Of a stretch of 64,000 bases of DNA, positions 51,496-62,192 are shown one piece after another. The notes under the pieces are model-generated. The model saw only the letters and a list, made by a program, of their open reading frames with translations, was not told where the DNA came from and made no database searches. The DNA is from Halarcobacter sp. (GTDB lineage Bacteria; Campylobacterota; Campylobacteria; Campylobacterales; Arcobacteraceae), in assembly GCA_048571215.1 (NCBI GenBank), contig CP182352.1, positions 1,664,001 through 1,728,000 of the forward strand, read 5' to 3'. The stretch's first letter is position 1. Every line of letters starts with the position of its first letter. A program made the position numbers and the translations under genes.

Positions 51496-53208
51496 TTATT
51501 TTCTTATTTTTGATATTGCCTTGATAACACTGCATTTAGTATTATTTTTAATCCATTCCGCCTTACTTGCCCAAAGTGCTTGACATACTCCATATATTTG
51601 TAAGTTTTCATTTTGTATATCGTCACTTTTCTTTTTTATCTTTTTTAAAAAATTAAACTTGTCCTGGATACGCTTTTTACATATCTTTGAATAAGGAACA
51701 CCTTCACATACGTTTTGTGCTTTTTTTTCTATCAGAGTTTCGGCCTTATTTCTTAATTCTTTTATCTCCTTTGGAAATAACTTTAAATCTTCAAATTGTC
51801 TAATATAAGTCATTATACTTATATTTAAATTCATTTCATGTGCTTTTTGTGCAGTATCTAATCCCATGCTAGAAAGTTCATAAGATGTATAATTTGGATA
51901 CATGGATGTGTAGTCATATTTTGCTGCACAAAATTGATTATTTATAGGGTTCTTAGGTATTAGAATTGAGTTTGATATAAGACCATTTTTTGAATTTTCT
52001 TTTGAATTTTCTTTAGTGCTTTCTAATGTTCTAATCTCATTTGGATAATCGGTAATTGAACCAACGTTTATTTCAATGATTTTTTTCTCTTTAGTACTAT
52101 CATTAACTTTAATTTCTACGGTTCTATTATCATCAACATAGCCTAAATGTGTATGTGCGGAAATGTATCCCAACGCATATTGACTTTTGAATATTTGTTT
52201 AAACTGATCCAATAATTTTGGTTCAAATTCACTTAATGGATGATGTCCAAAAACAATAAAATATTGTTTATTAATCTCTAAATTTTTTACCCATTTTTTA
52301 ATCTCATCCATTTGATCAACTGTTATACCTGCCGTCATTCCTGGATTACGATTTTTTCCATAATGTCGTTTTGAACTTATTGCACCATAAAAATTTAATG
52401 GTTTATTCTTATAATTTGCAGTATCTATTACAATACCCTTGAGGGAACCTTGTTCTGTTTCTTTAGATAAATTGATACGTTGAAGTATAAATGATTTATA
52501 ATTATCTTCTTCTGCTTTAAACCTCTTAACATATATTTTGTCAATTAAAGCATTAAAGCTTTTCTCTTCATTTATATTTTTATCTTTATATTTATCTGAA
52601 TTAAGTATAAATTCTAAATACTTATTTATAAATTTTCCTTTTGTCATTCTTGATGATAAATATTCACTCTTTGATACATTCTTCTCATCATAAATAGATT
52701 TATCATAACAAGATTTTCCCCACTGTAGTTTTATATTATTCGTATAACCAGCAGTTGTACCGAACCAAAAAAAGTCATGATTGCCAGGAGCCATAACAAA
52801 TTTATCTTTGTTTTCGGCAAGTAAATCACTAAAGGTTTTCCATTCATTTTCACAAGCAATATTTAGTGCATCCCCTAAATGAATGATATTTTTTTTCTTA
52901 GCATCTTCTTGTTTTAAAACCCATTTAAATAAATATTCAGAATATATATCAAGCTGAGGAGGTCTAATAGCTACGCTTGATGGTATCTCTGCATATTGAT
53001 TCCTCATTATTGATGGATCTGTAAAGATATTACTAAATTGGTTATCTCCTATCAAAAGAACATCATGTTTTAGATCAAAGCTAGTAAAACCAAGGGTTTG
53101 CTTTGAAACAACATTCCGGTTTTTATAGTTTATATCTAATGCTTTTGGAGCACATCCTGTATAAAATACTATAGCTATAATTAAAGTGATATATTTTTTT
53201 CGTTGCAT
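51496..53208 (-). CDS. Metallophosphoesterase lipoprotein (first gene after attI)
   Basis: Lipobox YTGC; GDNQ, HLGD, PGNHD, GHHP, AHTH. Confidence 0.8.
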   Translation of the reverse strand: MQRKKYITLIIAIVFYTGCAPKALDINYKNRNVVSKQTLGFTSFDLKHDVLLIGDNQFSNIFTDPSIMRNQYAEIPSSVAIRPPQLDIYSEYLFKWVLKQEDAKKKNIIHLGDALNIACENEWKTFSDLLAENKDKFVMAPGNHDFFWFGTTAGYTNNIKLQWGKSCYDKSIYDEKNVSKSEYLSSRMTKGKFINKYLEFILNSDKYKDKNINEEKSFNALIDKIYVKRFKAEEDNYKSFILQRINLSKETEQGSLKGIVIDTANYKNKPLNFYGAISSKRHYGKNRNPGMTAGITVDQMDEIKKWVKNLEINKQYFIVFGHHPLSEFEPKLLDQFKQIFKSQYALGYISAHTHLGYVDDNRTVEIKVNDSTKEKKIIEINVGSITDYPNEIRTLESTKENSKENSKNGLISNSILIPKNPINNQFCAAKYDYTSMYPNYTSYELSSMGLDTAQKAHEMNLNISIMTYIRQFEDLKLFPKEIKELRNKAETLIEKKAQNVCEGVPYSKICKKRIQDKFNFLKKIKKKSDDIQNENLQIYGVCQALWASKAEWIKNNTKCSVIKAISKIRK

Positions 53209-53225
53209 TTTTTTCTCCTATAAAT

Positions 53226-53260
53226 ACTTAACTATTTAATAATAATACATTATATATATT
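53226..53260 (-). other. attI-like site (core GTTAAGT)
   Basis: Plus strand acttaactatttaataataatacattatata. Confidence 0.65.
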
Positions 53261-53466
53261 TATTGCTTAATTATCTCAACTACTAGATATTTACATAAAA
53301 TATCCTTAAAATAGGTATTCAATGAAAGTTTATTACAAAATGTAATATTTTTGAATTGATTTTTTATTTTTAATTATAATTAAAATATATATTTTTTGTC
53401 TAAATAACTGTAATAACAATACACTATGTATGTTAATTGGAAAAAAACATAATAATACTGATACAA

Positions 53467-53508
53467 ATGACTAAAAAATTACTTGATATTATGAGGAATA
53501 AATTCTAA
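53467..53508 (+). pseudogene. IntI stub MTKKLLDIMRNKF*
   Basis: Divergent from the 53226 attI, fused to repeat E. Confidence 0.6.
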
Positions 53509-53853
53509 ATATTCACTTTTTGCCTGCAAGCAGGATTACATATTGAAAAAAGTAAAATAAAAATAACCCGCGGGTTTCGAAGATGAAACTTCCCTCGTTT
53601 ATTATTTATTGTTTCTGTTTCGTCTTGTGCTTGCACTCTCTTTGAGAAAACTCACATAAAAATATGCTCCTAGCATATTTGTTCTGTTCAAACAGTTACA
53701 AAACTTCTCCGAAACAATAAATAAACACATGGCTTCTCAAATGCGGAAAAGTGGGATAATGACCTTTACTTTTTTAAGTATCATTTTATTTTAGTTGGTG
53801 TAATACTCAACAATTATTATAAAAGTGGAGATTCATTCTCTGGGGTGTTATTT
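53503..53853 (+). repeat. Structured repeat copy E
   Basis: Conserved blocks, two mini-inserts. Confidence 0.9.
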
Positions 53854-53886
53854 TTTTCTATATATTTTTATAGTTTAGGAGATATT

Positions 53887-53928
53887 ATGGGTAAAAAACT
53901 ACTTGATATAATAAAGGATAAATTTTAA
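53887..53928 (+). pseudogene. IntI stub MGKKLLDIIKDKF*
   Basis: AGGAG RBS, fused to repeat F. Confidence 0.6.
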
Positions 53929-54153
53929 ATATTCACTTTTTTGCCTGCAAGCAGGATTAGATATTGAAAAAAGTAAAATAAAACCATCCCACAGGTTTCG
54001 AAGATAAAACTTCCCTCGCTTATTATTTATTGCTTCTCAAATGCGGGAAAGTGGGATAATGACCTTTGCATTTTTTGATACCATTTTATTTTAGTTGGTG
54101 TGATACTCAATAATTATTATAAAAGTGGAGATTCATCCTCTGGAGTGTTATTT
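53923..54153 (+). repeat. Structured repeat copy F (inner arm deleted)
   Basis: tatttattg joined directly to cttctcaaatgcggg. Confidence 0.9.
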
Positions 54154-54173
54154 AGTTTTAACAAAATATAATA

Positions 54174-54680
54174 TTAGGATTTATTAATTTTAGATTTAAC
54201 TTTATTAATAAATTCTTCAACATTACCTTCAAGTATATTTCTACATTTTGGAACAATATGTGCACCTCCCAAAGTATTACTTACTAAGATAAAATAATGT
54301 TTTTTTGACTCTACTACTTTAGTTATTGCTGATAAATCATATATAGTTTCATTAACATCTGTCAATTCTTTAAATTTATCTCCATCAATAATTAAAGTAT
54401 GTTCACAAAGTATTCCTTCACCTTTATATAATAAAGCAATAATTCCAGATAAAATAAAACTGATTATAGCCATTACCAATATAAATACTACAATTTGAGA
54501 TAAAATTGAACCTATAATAAATATACTTGAATATCCATCATTAAGCATTTTTAAAAATGACCATACTAAAAAAATAATTAAAACAAAAATTATAGATATC
54601 ATAATGGATTTAATCATAAATATTGACCTAATTTGATAATTAAATAAATCTTTTCGTGTATTTATGTATTTTATTTTCAT
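54174..54680 (-). CDS. YcxB-like membrane protein
   Basis: Two TM helices, GILCEHTL, AHIVPK. Confidence 0.6.
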   Translation of the reverse strand: MKIKYINTRKDLFNYQIRSIFMIKSIMISIIFVLIIFLVWSFLKMLNDGYSSIFIIGSILSQIVVFILVMAIISFILSGIIALLYKGEGILCEHTLIIDGDKFKELTDVNETIYDLSAITKVVESKKHYFILVSNTLGGAHIVPKCRNILEGNVEEFINKVKSKINKS

Positions 54681-54883
54681 TTAAATATTCCTTTATAAAA
54701 GATTTTACTATGATTGCTTATTAATGCATAAAACTTTAATACTAAGTTACCATATAATTATTATCATTATTTTAGTACTTTTAATCTTAATAGATATTAA
54801 ATTAGGACTAAATAGATTTATAATATGTCTTTAGAGTATTAGGTTTAAATGAATTAGTATCTAAAATACCACAAAACTATTAG

Positions 54884-54900
54884 TTTTTAAGGTGGCAACT
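54884..54900 (+). mobile_element. Isolated IS110 end
   Basis: tttttaaggtggcaact, identical to the end of the full IS110. Confidence 0.6.
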
Positions 54901-54914
54901 GACCCATATTTTCT

Positions 54915-54991
54915 TTTAGTTGGTGTGATACTCAATAATTATTATAAAAGTGGAGATTCAACCTCAGGGGTGTTATTTAGGGGTGTTATTT
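54915..54991 (+). repeat. Structured repeat copy G (terminal part, last 13 bp tandemly duplicated)
   Basis: aggggtgttattt occurs twice. Confidence 0.85.
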
Positions 54992-55001
54992 TCAAGGTTC
55001 T

Positions 55002-55682
55002 TTAAAGTTTAATTGCTTTTGTAATAGCAAAATTATACATTCTCCAATAACAAGCACTTTGTTGAAACCCAACTTCTTTTAACCAATCAAAATGATTTGA
55101 TAAAATAATTGGAAAATCTTTTTCAATATGTTTTTCATACCAAAACTCTGGGTTTTCACCTTGCTCTTTCATAAACTGTTTCCAAAGAGAATATTGATGT
55201 TCTCTAACCTCTTTATCTTCATCTATGATAATATCATTTGAGATATAAACTGCATTTTGATTTGCACTATTAAAAAGTTTTTGATAAAAAACTTTTCTCT
55301 CTTCCCAATTTAGATGATGTAGTGTCATACCTGTTAAAATTATATCGTATGATTTTCCAATTGAATCTATTTTATAATCCCCTTGGATCAATTCATAGTT
55401 TTTTGTATATTTTGATATTTTTTGTTCATAAGCTTTTAGCATTTCAGTAGTAATATCAAATCCAGTGATATGTGAATTTGGAAGTTTCTTTAAAACAATT
55501 TCAGACAATATACCATTACCACAACCTAAATCCAATACTTTATAATTTTTACTTTTATTGTTTGGTAATAAATCAAATATGATTTTATGTTGTTCTAAAT
55601 ATTGTGGAACCAATCTTATCATCAATGCTTCATAATCAGAAGCTTGTTGTGCAAAATGTTCTTGTATATTTATATCTTTCAT
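55002..55682 (-). CDS. Class I SAM-dependent methyltransferase (cassette gene)
   Basis: VLDLGCGNG, TLHHL; ATG just after attC core GTTAGAG. Confidence 0.85.
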   Translation of the reverse strand: MKDINIQEHFAQQASDYEALMIRLVPQYLEQHKIIFDLLPNNKSKNYKVLDLGCGNGILSEIVLKKLPNSHITGFDITTEMLKAYEQKISKYTKNYELIQGDYKIDSIGKSYDIILTGMTLHHLNWEERKVFYQKLFNSANQNAVYISNDIIIDEDKEVREHQYSLWKQFMKEQGENPEFWYEKHIEKDFPIILSNHFDWLKEVGFQQSACYWRMYNFAITKAIKL

Positions 55683-55688
55683 TTTATC

Positions 55689-55744
55689 CTCTAACGCCTC
55701 AATCAGCCGATGCATTAGCGGTCGGCTGAATTGATTTGTTAGCG
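55689..55744 (-). other. Short GC-rich attC (56 bp)
   Basis: CGCTAAC-aaatcaattcagccga-ccgctaatgca-tcggctgattgaggc-GTTAGAG. Confidence 0.9.
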
Positions 55745-56172
55745 CATGTAGCTTTAGTAACGAATTCAAAACCAAATACAACACAAAAAGACATCAGCAA
55801 CCAAACAAGCCATTTAAAGAAATTTTGCACCAAGACAACGTGAATTGGATTTCCAACCACATAATCCATAATTGGCTGCCTAAAAAACGCACCATGGATA
55901 GCCATAAGCAAGACAGAAAATACTAAGGCCGCTTTAAATTTACCAAAACCAATTAGCTTATTGCGGGCAAGATAATATAGTGCTATTGCAGCTATCCCGT
56001 ATTCCAGAGAAGTAACTCCAGCAATATAGCGAACATCCCAAGACGGCTGAATTGATAGCCCCTGCATCTGACTACTAATCCAAGAGGGAAGCCATTCTAC
56101 GGTTGCTACATGAACAATGAAACTAGTTGCAGAGGCAACTACAGCAACGATAAAAATAAGAAAAAATTTCAT
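55699..56172 (-). CDS. Cassette gene: four-TM hypothetical protein reading into its attC
   Basis: AGGAG RBS; C-terminus ANKSIQPTANASAD is attC-encoded. Confidence 0.75.
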   Translation of the reverse strand: MKFFLIFIVAVVASATSFIVHVATVEWLPSWISSQMQGLSIQPSWDVRYIAGVTSLEYGIAAIALYYLARNKLIGFGKFKAALVFSVLLMAIHGAFFRQPIMDYVVGNPIHVVLVQNFFKWLVWLLMSFCVVFGFEFVTKATCANKSIQPTANASAD

Positions 56173-56185
56173 AACTCTCCTTGCG

Positions 56186-56223
56186 TGCTAACTATTTATT
56201 AGTACTATATTATATATAAATAA
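56186..56223 (-). other. attI-like site (core GTTAGCA)
   Basis: Duplicate of the 47223 site; GTTAGC complements GCTAAC of the cassette's attC. Confidence 0.75.
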
Positions 56224-56481
56224 TATATAAATTCACCTAATAGCACTACATTTTTTATGATAAGATACTAAATTGCTATAAAGCCCTTAAATAAGCTATT
56301 TTTAGTATTATTTAAATAATATATTACAATATGTAATATTTTATAAACCTAAATTGTATATTTGATATAATTTTTAATGTTAGACTATTAACGTATATCC
56401 GTAATAGCTTATCAAAATGTTATGCTATTGATTAAAAATCGTAATAGTTTAACAAAATGCTAAATATATCAGGAGTAAAAA

Positions 56482-56523
56482 ATGGATAAGAAACTACTAG
56501 ATATTATGAGTGATAAATTCTAA
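56482..56523 (+). pseudogene. IntI stub MDKKLLDIMSDKF*
   Basis: Identical to the 47519 stub. Confidence 0.65.
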
Positions 56524-56812
56524 ATATTCACTTTTTTATTGAAAAAAGTAAAACAAAAAGCAACCCGCGGGTTTCGAAGGCAGAAGCTCCCCTCGCTTAT
56601 TATTTATTGTTTCTGTTTTGTAAAACTCACATAAAAATATGCTCCTAGCATATTTGTTCTGTTCAAACAGTTACAAAACTTTTCCGAAACAATAAATAAG
56701 CACTCAGCTTCTCAAATGCGGGAAGGTGGGAAACTGACCTTTGCATTTTTTAGTACCATTTTATTTTAGTGGGTGTGATACTCAACAATTATTATAAAAG
56801 TGGAGACTCATT
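56518..56812 (+). repeat. Structured repeat copy H (terminus clipped)
   Basis: Conserved blocks up to gtggagactcattc. Confidence 0.9.
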
Positions 56813-57161
56813 CTTTATAGTTTATTTTTTTATAATAACCTGCATTCCTCAAATCATTTATTCTAAATATTAGTACATAATATAAAGATGGCATTACTGA
56901 TACTATATAAACTGCAAAAATTAAAAATAGATAAAAATTTGAGCTATTTATTAAAGTTCTATAAGTATTTATTAAATAAAAGAGAGGATAAATACTAATT
57001 AAACTATAAATAAGATATATAATAAAACCTAAAAAAGTAACAAAATTTTTTTTAAATTTTTTTATTTTTATTAAAAAGTATACATATATTTTAGATATTA
57101 TTAAAAGTAAAACACTTGATATAATTATAAATATAATTAACTCTAATATATTCTCTATCAT
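56808..57161 (-). CDS. Hypothetical membrane protein; stop supplied by repeat H
   Basis: Three TM segments, AGGTG RBS. Confidence 0.55.
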   Translation of the reverse strand: MIENILELIIFIIISSVLLLIISKIYVYFLIKIKKFKKNFVTFLGFIIYLIYSLISIYPLFYLINTYRTLINSSNFYLFLIFAVYIVSVMPSLYYVLIFRINDLRNAGYYKKINYKE

Positions 57162-57247
57162 TTTTCACCTTTGCATGGACAATAATATCAAAAATAATTA
57201 TATTAATAAATAAAGTGATGTTATAAATATTAGATTTTAATTTTAAT

Positions 57248-57325
57248 CAAGGCGAAGTGAAAATTTTAAGAGGAGCGTACATGCAAGTACATGAGTATTA
57301 AATTTTTTACTTCCAACAACGCGTC
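57248..57325. repeat. Short palindromic element with ggagcgtac..gtac core
   Basis: caaggcgaagtgaaaattttaa-gaggagcgtac-atgcaa-gtacatga..ttaaattttttacttc; related to 58741. Confidence 0.55.
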
Positions 57326-57787
57326 TGGTTGCTTTTTGCCTTACTTTTTAGAACATGTAATCCTGCTTGCAGGCAAAAAAGTGAGAAAACGGAAAGCCTC
57401 GCTCTACAAGACAACTGCATACAGTTAATACTATTATCAAAATATTTGAGTATAAATAAACTTTTGAAGTACGTCTTAACTCTTCTCGACTTTTTTTATG
57501 AAAAAAAAGTAGCAAAAAATCACCCGCGGAGTTTTGGAGGTGAAACTACCCTCGCTTATTATTTATTGTTTCTGTTTTGTAAAACTCACATAAAAATATG
57601 CTCCCAGCATATTTGTTCTGTTCAAACAGTTACAAAACTTCTCCAAAACAATAAATAAACACTCGGCTTCTCAAATGCGGGAAGGTGGGATTATGACCTT
57701 TGCATTTTTTTATACCATTTTATTTTAATTGGTATAATACTCAACAATTATTATAAAAGTGGAGATTCATCCTCTAGGGTATTATTT
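57314..57787 (+). repeat. Structured repeat copy I (long form)
   Basis: Colinear with the reassembled copy B. Confidence 0.9.
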
Positions 57788-58431
57788 TAATATTTATAAA
57801 TATATTTAGGTAAAAAAATGAAAATCAAATAATTAAGTATAAAAAGTATACATGCAGGCAACATTGAAATAATAAAAAAAAGCCCACTAAAACAGCCACT
57901 TCCACAAGTGTTTCCTTCATACCAAAGATATAATGCACCTAAGGTGGGGAGAATAGATAAAATAAATAAAAATTTTCCAAAAAATAAATATTTATTTTTC
58001 TTTTTTAAAATATTATATATTTTATAAGAAGGTATTAGTGGTATTAAATGTGCTAATACCAATACAAAAGTAAAAAAAAACATAAACTCGGATTTAATTA
58101 TAAATAAAAAAGGAAAACTCAATAATATTGCAATTAAAAAATAGTATAAAACGAATTTATAATTAATTTTTTCTTTCTTAATACTAATATAATTATTCAC
58201 TTTATATATTTTATTATCTAAAATTAATGTTTTTTCAGTTAATAAAATATAATCATTAATTGTATCATAATAAAAACTTTCATCATTTTCTACGATAAAG
58301 ACAATTTTATTATATAAATTAGTTTCATCAACAGCTAAATATGGGTAGTTTTTCTTAATCTCATCTTCAACTGATAATGGACTTTTTTTATTATTTAATA
58401 ATATAAGTTTTATTGTATCTCTTAAATTCAT
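57787..58431 (-). CDS. Hypothetical membrane protein
   Basis: Four C-terminal TM segments; stop abuts the repeat terminus. Confidence 0.55.
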   Translation of the reverse strand: MNLRDTIKLILLNNKKSPLSVEDEIKKNYPYLAVDETNLYNKIVFIVENDESFYYDTINDYILLTEKTLILDNKIYKVNNYISIKKEKINYKFVLYYFLIAILLSFPFLFIIKSEFMFFFTFVLVLAHLIPLIPSYKIYNILKKKNKYLFFGKFLFILSILPTLGALYLWYEGNTCGSGCFSGLFFIISMLPACILFILNYLIFIFLPKYIYKY

Positions 58432-58740
58432 AGTATTCTTTTTTAAAAATCATAAAAAAGATTATAATATATATGCTCTAAAATATTATTGAATTGTAAA
58501 AAACATCATCCATTTTTACTTTAAAATTGAGATTATAATGCCACTAAAAATTAAGACAAGAATTTTAAAAGATTAATCTCAAAAATAATTAAAGTTAATT
58601 TATGAATTTCCATTTTCATACCTTTTTAATTTAAATTAGTAAATTATAATTAAAATATTTATAATAAAAAATATATATTACAATATGCAATAAAAAGTGA
58701 TGTTAGAAATTTTAAGTTTAGTTAATTAAATAATATAGAA

Positions 58741-58856
58741 AGCTTTAGAATTTAAAGAGGCAAGGCAGGCAAGTTTTTAGAGGCAGGAGCTTACAAGTAG
58801 TAAGTGACTGTCTCTAAAAATGAAGCTGAACGAAGCATATTTAAAAAGCTAAAGCT
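58741..58856. repeat. Palindromic element directly after the guaB stop
   Basis: agctttag...ctaaagct; tttttagaggcag...ctgtctctaaaaa; ggagcttac-aagta-gtaagtga core. Confidence 0.65.
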
Positions 58857-58858
58857 TT

Positions 58859-61679
<2,821 letters not shown>

Positions 61680-61779
61680 ATCTCTCTCCTAAGGGGTATA
61701 GTATTGCGCGGTATTATATATAAAAAATGATTAAAAAGGGGTAAAGTATTTAGGTAAATAAAAATTTATTTTGCAGAAA

Positions 61780-61806
61780 AAAAGGGAGTAATTTCTTACT
61801 CCCTTT
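61780..61806 (-). terminator. Intrinsic terminator of the rpsK-rpsD-rpoA-rplQ operon
   Basis: aaagggagtaa-tttc-ttactcccttt with T-run on the minus strand. Confidence 0.75.
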
Positions 61807-61827
61807 ATATATTTTATTTAATAAGTA

Positions 61828-62178
61828 TTAAACAAATGAGATGAATGCCATTGGTGTAGCATCACCTCTTCTAATTCTTGTTTTAACAATCGAAGTATAT
61901 CCACCATTTCTATCTACATATCTTGGTGCAATCTCAGCGATTAGTTTTTTTGTTGCTTCTTTATCTTGTAATAAAGCAAATACTGTTCTATGAGTATTTA
62001 AGTCTGCATTTCTAGCAGTTGTGATTAATCTTTCGATATATCTTTTTAACTCTTTTGCTTTAGGAACAGTTGTCTCAATCTTCTCTCTTTCGATAATTGC
62101 GATTGCTAAGTTTTTTAGTAACGCTTTTCTATGAGGAGAAGTTCTGTTTAATCTTCTATATCCGTGCTTATGTCTCAT
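61828..62178 (-). CDS. rplQ: 50S ribosomal protein L17
   Basis: [31 protein letters not shown]. Confidence 0.97.
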   Translation of the reverse strand: MRHKHGYRRLNRTSPHRKALLKNLAIAIIEREKIETTVPKAKELKRYIERLITTARNADLNTHRTVFALLQDKEATKKLIAEIAPRYVDRNGGYTSIVKTRIRRGDATPMAFISFV

Positions 62179-62192
62179 CTCAATCCCTTAAT

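Noticed and set aside
57329..57658. 109-aa plus-strand ORF
   Set aside because: Lies wholly inside repeat I; the frame is not kept in other copies.
40591..57787. Dispersed repeats as a CRISPR array
   Set aside because: Units are hundreds of bp, separated by whole genes at irregular spacing; no cas genes in the window.
28000..58500. Prophage, ICE or full integron integrase
   Set aside because: No phage structural, conjugation or tyrosine-recombinase ORF found in the window.
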